A DNA stretch of 64,000 bases from Geosiphon pyriformis uo1 (taxonomy: Eukaryota; Fungi; Glomeromycota): positions 1 through 64,000 of the forward strand of contig JAAOMT010000703.1 of the NCBI GenBank assembly GCA_016748015.1, given 5' to 3'. This document shows positions 33,501 through 47,360 of the stretch, one piece after another. Numbering within the stretch: position 1 is the stretch's first letter; each line of letters begins with the position of its first letter. A model generated the notes under the pieces. The model did no database searches, was not told the DNA's origin, and saw only the letters and a list, made by a program, of their open reading frames with translations. A program made the position numbers and the translations under genes.

Positions 33501-36500
33501 TCACAAAAGCAATGCCATACCTCCAGAATGAAAAGAGAAACTTAAGAAATTTTGACTCGCCAAAAACAGTAGACATAAGCACTCTACCTTGAAAAAGAAA
33601 AAAACTGGTTACAGATCCACCCAGGGACAAATTGCAATCAAGAAAAATGTGAATTATACTTGCCAGAAAGTTATTAAAAGAACTGACCCAAATATACACA
33701 GAAAAACTCAAAAGATAAATGGGACACCAACACAAAATTTGCAAGTCATGAGACCTGTGAGCAAACAAACAACCCAAAATCCCACCAGAGTTTGCAAAGC
33801 TAATAAGGAAGGCCATTTTACTTTCAGACTGAACTTGAACAAAAGATTTCAAATCATAGAATAATGGGTAGTGGATTGTATTACCAGGAAAATTAAAAGA
33901 CAAACCAGACTTAAACTTCAAACCCCTATGAACTAAAGCATCCCATTTGTTATACACACCAACTGAAACAAAGCTAAACTGTGTTCTATAGCAGATAATA
34001 AAATGAAGAACAGCCAACACCAGATACAAGAACTGCTTATCTGAGACAGCCTTCCTAAGAATTATGTTGATAAAAAACTGAATGTTCAAATAAGCTTTCA
34101 CCAAGCTAGACTTTGAAAGACCATTAGTTGAAAGAAAAATACCTAGATATCAGTAAAATGCTCCCTTTTTGGCAATACAAATAGACGATCTACTGATGGA
34201 TAAAGAAGGCCTGTTCACTTTACAATTGATAAGAACGGCCACTGTCTTGTCATTATTAATGAAGATATTATTGATCCAAAAAAATTCATTAGCAATATTG
34301 AGAATATGTTGAGTAGTATTTTGACTACCACCAACTCAGATTGTATCATCAACAAAGACACCAGTGGCAAAAAAAAAAGAGAGTCTAGCCCAGGATTCAG
34401 CATGACCATTCCTTGAAATAAAATAAAAACTTAATCTATAACCACACATGCTTTCTTGTCTCTTGACTTTGCACAGCAGAAGATCATAAAATATATGCCA
34501 TAGAAGAGAAGAAAAGATTTTTTCTTGGTCCAGACTATCATGTACATGATACCCATCTGTCAACCCAAAATCTGTTATAATCTTGTTGGTACAATCTCTA
34601 TAAATGCCACTGAAAAACCAAATAAACTTGCTGTACATCTTGATCCTGATCAAACTTTTCTTAAGATGTTCTCAGCTGACTAAATTGTATGCTTTTTGTA
34701 TGTTCTGCAAAACCAGCCAGAGCTTCCAATTCTTTTCCAATGCATCCTCAATCACTGATCCAATTGCAAAAATAGGAGACTGAGTTGTTGTATCCTTTAA
34801 AACCGAAAAATTGTTCTCACAAAGGATGTCAAAAGTGCTGCATGCCAAAGAAATTTTATGAGAGAGAATCTTAAAAAGGATCTTGCGAGTCATCTCAATC
34901 AAAGCAATAAGATGAGTATTCGTGATAACACCCTCCTATTCATATGGTTTAGTAATCATTGAGACTTAAGCCTCCTTCTAAGATCTAAGCACTGACTTGT
35001 AAGAAAAACAAAAGTTCAAAAGCACTAAAAGCATATTCAGAATTGACTTGTTACAATATTTCTAAAGCTTATTTGTGATACCTAAGAGACCAGCAGCTTT
35101 GCCATTAGGCAGATTGAAAACCACATCAAACATTTTACTAAAATTAATTGAATGCATTACACCAAAAAAAGCTTCATTAAAAACATAATCTAAAGGCCAA
35201 TATTAACGAGATCAATTATCAGAGATATCAGCAACCACACCACACTTCCTAGTCCAATTTTTTATAATAATATTTATCTTAAATTTAACTAAATTGGGCT
35301 CCAAAATAAGCTTATTATCAACAACCAGGTGGTTCAGAACCACTTTGCAAAAAATACATTCCAGAACACTCCTAATAGTATGACTCTTATTTGTCTCGAA
35401 GCTCTCCATTCTCTTTTCTATAGCAGCTTTAATATTTGTTTCCTTAGCTGCCAGAGATTTAGCAAGCTTGAACACACAATATAACTTTTTTATGCCAAAA
35501 AGAGCAAAATAAACATAATTAGAGTTCACATTAAAGTTAATGAGATCCTGAACAACTAAGGCCTTGATACTGTCCAAAGAGTCCCAGCACTTCATAAGAA
35601 AGACAAAACCAACAACATTCTTTTCATGAGAGGTCTTGACAATTTTCAAAACCAAAAGCTCCAACTTATGAAACCTCGAAAAATCTTTGGTAAAAACACC
35701 ATAAAATTTTTGAACCATTTTTTTCTAAATATCTCATTTGCCAAAAGAGTTATTACCCTGCATAAAACATCTTATATGGCATCTAGATCTGAGAACTTGA
35801 CAGTAGCGGCAAACTCATTGGAAAACATCTTAGCATTGGCTAACATAGCATTTTTAAAATTTTCTTATTTATTGTCATCAGCACTCTTGAAATCAAACTT
35901 CCAACAATCTTTATTAGTCTGCTTATAAAGAAAGTTCAACTGAACATCCAGCAAACCACTCAGACCCATTAATACAGAAACAGCTCAATGATTAGTGTCA
36001 AAGTGCTCACTAATATCTATAATACTATGTTCTAAAACTGCATTAACCAAATTAGAAGAAACCAATATGTAATCAATTGTCTTTTTCACATCCCTTGAAT
36101 TTTCCCATGTGGGATTTTTTATGACTGAACTATCCAGTAGAGAATTAACTAGCACATTTACATAAACTGTCTTCATTGAAATCTCCACCAAGAATAATAA
36201 AAGAAGACTCATTCACAGCTTTTGCAATAAAAAAGTTGATTTCACCAGCCTGAGAGAACCAAACCACTAAAAAAACACCAGCGTAAAGCCCCAAAATTGA
36301 CATGGAAAGTTTATTTTTGAAGAGCAGCTTAACAGACAAGAGCCAACCAGATATCTCAAAAACTTTGCACACATGTTTTGCCAGAGAAATGTTCATGATA
36401 ATCACAATACCAAAGCTCATATGATCAAAATTCAAACTAGAAGTAAAAACTTGGACACTACTAAACTTATTTATAATCTATGGACAGACCTTATCTTTCA

Positions 36501-36630
36501 ACTTGGTCTCAGTAACAATAAAGATCAAATTGTTCATATCCTTATGCCAACAAATAATATCATCCTGTTTTATTGGAATGTTTATTTCTCTAATGTTACA
36601 GGTAGCAACTTTTCAAACCAAATCACTTAT
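30560..36630 (-). pseudogene. LINE ORF2 polyprotein (~1550 codons without the insertion)
   Basis: Successive ORF fragments from 36435 down to 30560 are collinear LINE domains. Confidence 0.9.
31569..32976. mobile_element. Probable solo LTR (1408 bp) of a family not otherwise seen here
   Basis: TGTTACCA...TGGTAACA termini; non-coding; 4-bp flanks ATGT/ACAT; splits the LINE RNase H. Confidence 0.8.
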
Positions 36631-39524
36631 TAAGAAAAAAGTTGTGAAACCAAACCCATACTAAGATTATCCACTTTGGTCAAAAGACTCAGAACTGTAT
36701 CTATTAGACACTTCATGCTGTCTTCTAACTTCAACACTGAAAACATATTAAAAGATATCACTTTTGTAACAGTTCCATCACTAGTGGATGTATTTGAACC
36801 AAAATAATTAATAACAGCTTCAATTTTTGCTTATTTTGACTTTAACAAATAGTTTTAGTTGGCCATTAATACTTTCTATACAGAATTTGGTGTTATTTTA
36901 TTATAATTAAATAATAATAACAACAAGTGAGTTATTATCTATACAAGCAAAACTCTCAAATCTACTGAAACAAAATACAAATCTATTAAATTAAAAACTA
37001 TAGCTATTATATATACTTTCAAGTATTTTTAACAATACTTATAAAAAAAATCAGAATTTAATATTAACATTAATAATATTAGCTTCAAATAACTCAACAA
37101 AAAAAGTTTCAAACTCAGTATTAAACAATCATAATAGATTGATTTCTTAGCCAATTATAAATATATTGTTTACTATAAACTTAAAAAATTACACACAAAT
37201 ATTAATAGTCTTTCTAGAATAAGACAAAATTAACATCAAAATCAACTATATCACAACTTAATCAATAATTAACAACAAAGCAATAAATTCTAAAAACTAT
37301 AACCACATTAAAAACTATTTAAAAACTTTTATTCTGCCAAAAAATTGCTCTTTAGTTAAAAAACATTGATTATAATACCAAGCAAAACAATATTTTTTAC
37401 ATTATAATAATATTTATTATTAAAATTACTGAAATTTAAACAAATTATTTAGATTAGTTTAACAACATAAAAAACAATTTTATATAATATATACACAAAT
37501 TTATTATCAGCATATTTAAAAAGAGATAATATAATTCAAAGAATACTTGAATATTATTTTTGGTCTTAAATATAAAAAAACATTTAACAGTATATTGAAT
37601 TTTGTAATAATTGTTAAAAAAGAGAAAGAATTTGCTTTATTAAAACTTTAAATTCAATTAAAATTTAACAATCTTTTAACAAAATTGGTATTAATTTAAT
37701 CAAACTACTATTTATTACAAACCAAAAAAATTATTATATTATAATTGTAATAAATTATCTTATTAAATAGCCCAAAACCAGAAACATTTAAAAAACAAAT
37801 GTAAAATCAGTAACAAATTTCATCTATAAAAACATTATTTGTAGACATAAATATTTAATCAAACTTTTATCTAATCTAATACAAAAAATTTGTAAATATT
37901 TCAATATTAAATGACTCTTATTATCACTTTATTACTTATAAACAAATGAATTAATAGAACAATTTAACCAAATATTATGTAAATAATTAGCTAGAGTCTT
38001 AATTAACTTGAAATAAGAATAAGATATTTTTATTTTATCAATATTGCTAATATATAAAATATTAAAGCAAAATACAACAAAGCATATATTATTTAACTTA
38101 ATATATAAAAAAACAGCAATATTACCAGTTAGTTCTATAGTAAAAATTTACTTAGTACAACCAATTACAGAAGAAAACTTTTAAAAAACTTCAAAAATAA
38201 ACTTATATTCTTTTTAGTATATTAGAAAAAAAACAGCAAATTGTAACCACTTATATCGAATATTTCTAAGTTTAACAAAAGAACAGCATAATAACAAACT
38301 GTTATCTGCTATCAATAAATTCAAAGTTAAAAATAAAATTTTTTTATACAAAATTAAGGCTAAAAAACAATAGAATAAAAAATTTAATCATAAATAAAAT
38401 AAACTATTTTATGTTTATAAAGTTTTAAGCAATAAATTATACAAATTAAAATTTGATAAAAAAATTCTAACAAAAGTTGCACATAAAAATCAATTAAAAT
38501 ATTATTACTTTAAAACCAATCCTAAACTATTAATTTTATAAATTGATATATATTCTTTTTTAATTAACTCTAAATTCTCTAAAACTTAAAACCAATAGTT
38601 ATAATAAAACAACAAACTTAAATATTTAAATTATTTATTATATTAGTATTTTCTTTAAAAATAATACAAAAATGTAAAACAAAAATAGAAAAATAATAGC
38701 CAAAAAATACTTAAACCAAAAATATATAAAACTACTTATATAAAAAATAATTTTATTTTTCAAAAGTAATATTTTTTTCATAATTTATAATAATTATTTT
38801 CTAAAATACTTAACAAATATTTCAAAAATTAATGATAGCTTTAAAAATACTTTTTAACTTAATCATAATAATCAATAGAAATTAAATTCAAAAAAAACTC
38901 TAATTTTAATAGTAAATAATTTTCAAAATTATTATTCTTATAAAAAAAACACAAGAAGTTTTTTTGGAATTCATTTATAAAAACTTTTGAAGCAAGTTTT
39001 GAAAAAAAATTATTGTTTATTCTTATAAATATTTCTCTAAATGCTACAATACAACAAAAACTTTAACTATATCTTAATAAAAACAGTAAATATATCCTTA
39101 TATATTAATATTTTCAAATTGAAAAAACACTGCACCAATGGAAACTAGAACTCAAAACAATCAATCTTACTTTTAAAAACAAATACACTTTAGATTCAAG
39201 ACAACAAACTAAATTAACAAATATAATACAAATTTAAAACAGCTTTTAGATTTTATTATTTATTTAATATTTGTAAAAACATCTTACAAAGTTTAATATT
39301 TCAATTAATAAAAATTCAATATATTGGCAAGTTTACAAAATTAAAATTTTAACAATTTTTAAACCAAATTATTTTAATAATACTAAATTATTATTTAAAT
39401 ATTACAAATAGTATTTGTATTTTAATAAAGCTAGTTTTAAAGAAAAGATTATGTTATCAATAGAATTTTAGTTAATTATTAACATAAAATTACTCTTATA
39501 ATTTTTATCAATAATTAGTATATA

Positions 39525-40878
39525 CAGGGGAGTATAAAAAGTATTGAACACTTTTATAATATGTTATATAAAAAAACTAACTTATGAATTGTTAATTTTT
39601 TATTATTATATTAAAATACATGTTAATATTTTGTTTAATCCCCATTTGCTTCAAAAATAGCTTGAACTTGACATGGCATAGACTTGATCAAATTACAATA
39701 ATAATTTACAGATATTACATCTCATTCTTCATTAATCTACTGTTCTAATTGTACAATATTAAAGGATTGTGAATTACATTGATGAATTTTAACTTCAATA
39801 TATAACCAAAAATTTTCTATTGAAGTAATATCAGGACTTTGTGCTGGCCAAAGAAGTAATTCAACATTTGAAGAGGTAAGAAAAAAATGCATGACTTTTA
39901 ATGTGTGGATTGGTGCATTGTCTTTCTAAAAAAAAACTTTTTTTTAGTTTTTTTTGCATGAAGTTTTACTATAGAAATTGCATAATTAACCAAGGTTTTG
40001 CAGTGTATAACTCCAGTAATATGGCCAACCAAAGGAACTAAAGGACCCAAACCAACCTATAAAAAACATTTCCAAAACATGTAACCAAAGTTTTTTCTAA
40101 CTGTGGCTGCAATACAATTCTTATGAAACTCTTTGGAAGATTTACACCATACACATCCAAATTCTGTAGTCTTAAATTGTGTATATGTAGATTCATCTGA
40201 CCAAACAACTTATTTAAAATTTTCTACTGTCTAATTTTTATAAGTATGAACTCATTGTAAATGTTTTTCTTTATTTGATTTAGAAATTAATGGCTTGAGA
40301 TGAGGAATGCATGAGCAAAGTTCTTTTTGAGCTAATCTATTTTGAACAGTTTGTATAAAAATAGATTTGTTAGTATTTTTAATAAAATTCAATCATATTT
40401 GAGAAAGAGTTTGGCAGTGGGTTTTTTTATTCTCCATTATTGAATATTTAAGTTGTTGACGTGTATGTTTGTTAAGAATTTATGGTCAGCTTATTTGTTT
40501 TTTAGGAAGTTTTTTTAGCTTATATGATTTTTATACACATATTACAGAAGAACGTGAACATCCAATAATTATGGAAATCTTACTGTTTGTATGTCCTAAT
40601 TTTATTGCTAAAATAATCCCTTCTTTTTGGTATTCAGAAAATTTTTTTCCAAAACACATTTAATACAGTAAATTTTTTCACAACAAAAATGTTTGATATT
40701 TTATATATACACATATAATCCACTGTTGTGTTTTACAAGGACACAATTTATGTTGATTTGTAAATTATAACTATAAGTAATTATAAAAAAAATTAGGGCT
40801 TAAATTGGTAATAGTATTACTATATATAGCCTTTTTTATATATTATATTAAGTATCCAATACTTTTTATACCCCTCTG
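39525..40878 (-). mobile_element. Tc1/mariner DNA transposon (Tc1, DD34E) inside the E 3' LTR
   Basis: ~29-bp TIRs CAG(G/A)GG(A/G)GTATAAAAAGTATTG..., TA on both sides. Confidence 0.95.
39623..40659 (-). pseudogene. Tc1 transposase (disrupted)
   Basis: WSDES, DNAPIH, WPAQSPDITSIEN; 34 residues between the second D and the E. Confidence 0.93.
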
Positions 40879-41620
40879 TATATTATCATTTTAATTTATT
40901 ATTTATTATCTTATCAAATTGTTTAAATTACTATTCAATTAATAACCCAATTTATACAATACACAAATAATGATTAGATTACACAATATTTTAATCTATA
41001 TAATATTAGTATAATAACAAGTTATATAAAAAAAAAGTTTTTCTTTTCATAAAAATGTATTTTATCTTAAAATTACAATCTTAGTAAGAATTAATCATTT
41101 TTTTATATATTTTTACAAATTAATAAAAAAATCAAATACTTTGAAAACAAACTTTTTAATTGTTATACTTAAAATTATGTGAACTTTAACTAAAATTTTG
41201 AAATTAATTAGCTATTAATTTCAGTAATTTGTTAATAACTCTAAGTTTAAACAGAAAATAATTCTCTTAATAAAATTTTTTTTTATATTTTTTATATTTT
41301 TTTTATTATATATATTAAGATAGTTTACAGACAAAATTTCTTTAGAAAATTTAACTTTTATAGCAAAGTAACTACATATTTTTAGTAAGCTTTTAGATAA
41401 GCATTTTTTGAAAAAGAGTTGATTTTTACTACAAAATAACTATACAAAATAACTGGTATGGAATTAGTTATTTTACTTATAAGTTTAGTAGTTCAAATTA
41501 TAAGAAATAATTTAAAGATAAATTTAGTTATTAAAGATTTAACAGCTTCTAATAATCAAAAATTAATAGCAAAACAACATTAACAATATTCAAGAAAAGA
41601 AACCAAAACTTATAGTAATA

Positions 41621-44600
41621 GTATTAAACAAATATATGCTTTACAGATTTTTTTAAATAGTAAGAAAATAATTGTTCTTGGTAGTTTAAGAATCTGATAA
41701 GACTTATTTTGTATGTTAAGAGCAATATTTACTAAAATTGTAAATTGTTTAGTTAATTTAAAGCTTTGAGTTCTTTTTTTACTTTTAATTCAATTTTTGA
41801 CTAATTGCAAACCCAAAATATTAAGAGTAAATAAATAACTTAAACAATTTTTTTAACATGTTTGATTGTAAAAAATTTTTAATTTTATTTTAAGATATTA
41901 CTATAATGTCTTCAGTATATTTTGCATCAATAATTTTTCTTTTAATATTAATTTTTTGCTTATTAATAATAATTAAAAAACAATTTGTATTATTGTTTTT
42001 GATAAAACTTTAAGAACAATTTTTAAATTAATTTTTGTTTAAAATTTTAGTTGTAGTGTAAAAATATTCTTTTTTAAATATTGTAAATCCTATTTAGCAT
42101 CAATTTTATAAACTTTTTTTGGCTTAATTTTTTGTTTATTGTCATTAAAATATTTTAACTATAGTGTAAACTGGTTTTTAATAAAGTAAATTAATATTAT
42201 TAACATTTCTGGCTGTTTTTTTTGTGTTTCAAATTCAATTTTATTTTTGTTATCTTTAATAAATAATAATATGCTAAGAGCATAATATTCAAACATTATT
42301 GTTTATTATAAAGCATAATGTATTTTTTGTATAACTGAATATTTATTTGTCTTAATTATTAAATTTAAGTTTCTTTAGAGAAATAAACATACCTGAAAGT
42401 TAAATAATAGAATTCAACTTCATTTTTGTAATTAAATCAAGTTAGTTCTATAGTGTATTCAATATATTCTGCTTTTTTTATTTGAAAAACATTCTCTTGG
42501 GTTTTCCTATTAATCAGAATTATTGTCAGTTTATAGATTATTTTGGTATTATAAAAATAGCAATAGAGTTTTTTAAAAGCACTGTTATATGTTGTTGTAA
42601 AAAATGTTTTTCTTCTTACTTTTTTTAAAATAAAAAAAGCATATTAACAAGTTTGATTACAGACTTTTTTTTTCATTAATAATTAATCCAATTGTATTTT
42701 TTTGGTAATAATTTTTAAATATAAAACAAAGTATACTGTTTTATTTTTTATTTTGTTTGGGTATTCAAATCGTTTTCAGTAGTAAGTTTTACAATAATAA
42801 TGAGTGTAATTTCTATATTTTTTTCTAAATATAAACAAGTTTTTATTAATAAAAGTTTTTTGTTGTAATTTTTGTATTTAAGTAAAATATAAGCTGATTT
42901 TTTTGGATTTCTGTTTAGTATATATAATATACTAACTTTTTGGTTGTTTAGTTATAAAAATTTTATATTAGAAAATTTTTAATTAGAGTTCAGATTGCTC
43001 TAAAATTTTTTGTTTAATTTTTTTAGTTTAATTAGATTATGAATTAAAAACCATATAAGTTTTAATAATAGTTTTTTTTTCTCTTTAAATTCAAAAACTG
43101 AAACTTTCTCTAACTATTTGTTAAAGATATTACAAATAATAAATATTTTGGTATATTGTTCTTGGTATAAAATTTTTAATTTTTGGATTTTCTAATTTAA
43201 ATTTGTATTGACTTTAAGAAATCAATTATTTTTAACAAGAGTTTAATATTAGAATATATTTATAACAAAAACTTTAATTGAAATAGTAATTTTATTAATT
43301 GTAAAATAAAAATTATTAATTTTTTTTCCAGATAATTTTTTAATACTATCAACAATTATAATAACTGTTTGGGCAGATCTGTTAATATTTTTTTAATTAT
43401 TATATTAATTAGTAGATAATAATGCTTTTAATAAATTTATTATCTAAAATTAATTAAATTAATTCTCTTTTAACTTTAGTTTTAATGTATATAATAATTG
43501 TTTTTTGTTTAGAAACTGCTGTATTGTTAAATAAAAAAAAGTGACTTATTTACTTTAAATTTAAATAAGAATGTATTTGAAATATTGGCATTTTTAATTA
43601 TTTTAGCTAACAGAATTGTAATGTTATTATAAGAAAAATCTTGTTGTTATATTGTAATTCTATCTTTTAAAAGTACAGTATAATAAAATTTTTGGCTTTT
43701 AAATATTGTAAAATAGCTAAATTGTGTATAAAACTATCTGAATGGCTGTTAATTATTATTGCAAAAAATTAATTAGTTATTAAAATTAAATTTATTATTG
43801 TTTAACTAAAAACAATTTTGTAATAATAATTAAGCTAAAGTCTTAATAAATAATAAATAAATTGTAATAAATTATATAATTGCTGTTGTAATAAAAAATA
43901 ATATTAATTGTTTTGTTTTTGTTAATCTTTTTGTATTTTTTGCCATTGTGTTTTAAATGTTTAAAAATTTTACAGTAATGATAGTTTAATTGTTAAAATT
44001 AATTGTTAGATAAAAAAAAAATTTTTTAATTTTATTATTAAGATAATTAATATTTTGTTATTAGTTAACAAAGTATGGTTTAACTTTTTTAGTAAGCTGA
44101 TTAATTTTTTTTCAGCTGCTAATGTGGTTTTTTTAATAGCAAAATTGACAAGTTTTGTGTAATTTGTTTTTTTATAGTTATTTCATAATTTTTAATATAT
44201 TAAATAACAATAGCTAAATTGGTTAAAGTATATAAATAAACTTTTTTAATTAATTTATTTTTTAAATCAATAATAAATTAATTCAAAATTAGAGCATTAA
44301 AGTAATAAGTATTTGTTTTTGACTAGCAAATTTTTTGGAAAAGTTTGTTGAATTTTTTAATATAAGTTATAACAAATTTAGATGATTTTTGTTTGATGTT
44401 TTAAAAGCATTTTTGAAGTATAATTAAAGTATTATTGTCTGTAAACTATTTAAAAAAATAAAAAATTGCTTTTAATATTCTTATTATATTCTATCTATTT
44501 GTATTTTCTGTTTTAATAACTTGGTCAAGCTATTTTTAAGACTGGTTTCAGTGTTTTTTTCAGAAAATTTAAGTATTTTTGCAATATACATAATAGCTAT

Positions 44601-46224
44601 TTTTTTGTTTTTTCTATGTTTTTATGTTCTTTTTTTAATAAGTTCAGAAATATTTTTTTATTACCTAGTGTTTTTGAATGTTTATTCTAGTTTTTTATTA
44701 AGTAATTAAAAAGATTAATGTTAATATAAATTAGTTTTAACTATTAAATAAGACTTTTAGTAAAATTTTTTGGTCTTAAAAATCAATTTAGTAAGTTTAG
44801 TATTTGTACTTAAGTAACTAAAGCTAAAAATGTGTGATTGAAAGTGTTAATTTAATGCTAATTTTTTGTTTAAATGTATATAATATTGTTTTTAGTGTAT
44901 TAAAAATTATATAAACAAATCTGGTGTTTTTTTGTTTGTTTTTGCTATTTGTTTTTAATTTAAGTTCAAAAACAAATTGTGAATTGACAGAATATTTTTT
45001 TTTGCAAAACTTAATAATGTTATAATTAAGTTTTTTAAAATAAATAGCAAAAAAGTCAGCACTAATAGCTTCTGAGTCTCTATTTGAATAATAAATTAAG
45101 TTTTCAAGAAATATTTTTCTGATTTTTGTAATATTGTAATTTCTAAAAAGATAGTTATTAATTCGATTTATGATTTATTAAAAAAGTGTTTTTTTGAAAG
45201 CTATTATTCTATCTTAAATTCCAAATTGTTGTTTGCAATAAATGTAAATTAACTAATAGTACTTTAGAGTTGTTATGTTAAATACAGTCACTACTTTAAT
45301 TTAATTGTTGTTATATTATTTTTTAAAGAACACCAAATATTATTGAAGGTTTTTTTACTCTTTTTTTAGTGTTATTAATACTATTTTGCTATTAATTTTG
45401 CTGTTAATAGAAATTAGTAAATTTCTAATAAGCTAATTTTTTTAAAAGTATTTCTCTATACTTTAGATTATATATGCTGTTAGATTTATAATAAAATGGC
45501 AATTATTTGTATAGTTACTTTACAGTAAAAATCAATTTTTTTACAAGAAAATTTTGTTTCTAGTTCTTCAAAATATGTGTAATTACTTTGCTGTAAAAGT
45601 TATTTCTTCTACAAAAAAATTTGATTGTAGACTATCTAATAAAGTAAAAAAAATAAAAAAATAAAAAAAATGTGTTAAAAAAGTTGTTTTAAATTCAGAT
45701 CTAAAAGTTACTAATGTTTATTAAAATTGGTAGTTAATCTATTTCAAATATTAGTATAAAATGATTAATTTTAAAACAGAAATAATTAAAAAAATTTATG
45801 TTTTTTAAAGTAGGTTTTTATTGGAATTGATTTATATGAAAAATAGATTTTTTTAAAGAGAAAAGCTCTTTTTTTATACCACTTTTTTTTCTAATATTTT
45901 GTCAAATTAAAGATATATTATGTCGAACTACAAGTTATTTCTGCAAACTATAAATTATTTTAGTAAACTGTTGAATATTTTATCAAATTATTAAATATTT
46001 TAGCGAATTCTAAATATTATATAGTTTGACATATTACATAATCTAATCATTACAATTTGGTTACATTTGTGTTCTGTATAAATCGAATTATTAATTAAAT
46101 AATAATTCAAATAATTTGGTAAAATAATAAATAATAAATTAAAATAATAATATATGCTGATTAATAATAGAAATTATAGAAATAATTTTATGCTGAATAA
46201 TATCTCAAATTTTGGCTGGTAATA
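41621..46224 (-). mobile_element. Element G (B-like): 5' LTR 45338-46224, PBS ~45321-45335, gag, PR, Cys-rich domain, dUTPase
   Basis: Collinear with B 5450-10227; strongly eroded. Confidence 0.85.
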
Positions 46225-47360
46225 TTATTTCAGATTTAAGTCTGAAAGTTATTAATGATTATTGAAATTGAAATCTAGTTAATTTTAAAATATTAGTAAA
46301 TAATAGTTAATTTCAATGTAATAATAATTAAAAGTTTGGAGTTTTAAGATAAGTTTTATTAAATTGATTTATAAAAAAAATAATTCTATTTTTAAAATAG
46401 AAATTTTTCTTTTATACAATTTATTATAGTATTATTTTATAATTTAGCACTTTTTTGTTCTTAATATTTTAGTAAATTAAAAATATATTTTGTTAAACTA
46501 AAAGTTATTTTTGTAAACTATAAATTATTTTAGTAAACTGTTAAATATTTTATCAAATTTTCCAATATTTCAGTAAATTCTAATTATTATATAGTTTGGT
46601 GTATTACATAATTGTTATAATTTAATTACATTTGTGTTTTGTATAAATCAAATTATTTATTAAATAATAATTCAGATAATTTGGTAAAATAATAAATAAT
46701 AAATAATAAATTAAAATAATAATATATGCTGATTAATAATAGAAATTATAGAAATAATTTTATGCTAAATAATATCTCAAATTTTGGCTGGTAATATTAT
46801 TTCAGATTTAAGTCTGAAAGTTATTAATGATTATTGAAATTAAAATCTAGTTAATTTTAAAATATTAGTAGATAATAGTTAATTTCAATGTAATAATAAT
46901 TAAAAGTTTGGAGTTTTAAGATAAGTTTTATTAAATTGATTTATAAAGAAAATAATTCTATTTTTAAAATAGAAATTTTTTTTTATACAATTTATTATAG
47001 TATTATTTTATAATTTAGCACTTTTTTGTTCTTAATATTTTAGTAAATTAAAAATATATTTTGTTAAACTAAAAATTATTTTTGTAAACTATATATTATT
47101 TTAGTAAACTGTTAAATATTTCATCAAATTTCTCAATATTTCAGTAAATTCTAATTATTATATAGTTTGGTGTATTACATAATTGTTATAATTTAATTAT
47201 ATTTGTGTTTTGTATAAATTAAATTATTTATTAAATAAAAATTTAAGTAATTTAATAAAATAATAAGTAATAATTTGAAATAATAATTTATATTAATTAA
47301 TAATAAAAATTACAAAGATAATTTCATGTTAATTAATAACTTGAATTTCTGTTGGTAATA
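46085..47360 (-). repeat. Two further partial B-like LTRs forming a ~572-bp tandem duplication
   Basis: TTATTTCAGATTTAAGTCTG at 46225 and 46797; LTR termini at 46224, 46796 and 47360. Confidence 0.9.

Larger units (their letters stand above)
30429..36800 (-). mobile_element. LINE with ORF1 tail and near-complete ORF2 (APE-RT-RNaseH-CCHC), interrupted by a solo LTR
   Basis: KVATCNIR, ILGGDFNE, TIDYILVS, FDTNH (APE); LVLQNIQKAYN, FVDDTI, YLGI (RT); VYTNGS, FSDSQSAL, GNEQAN (RNase H); poly-A; approximate TSD AAAATAA(A)TT. Confidence 0.93.
27780..41620 (+). mobile_element. Element E (B family, 5'-truncated): dUTPase 27780-28190, RT split by two LINEs, RH/IN 36801-38610, ORF3 ~38780-39435, 3' LTR 39452-41620 carrying Tc1
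   Basis: Pol motifs resume after each insertion (FCVNY at ~29768; TASIFAYFDF at ~36813); PPT ~39439-39450. Confidence 0.87.

Noticed and set aside
33589-35928. Plus-strand ORFs at 33589 and 35626
   Set aside because: Antisense shadows of LINE ORF2
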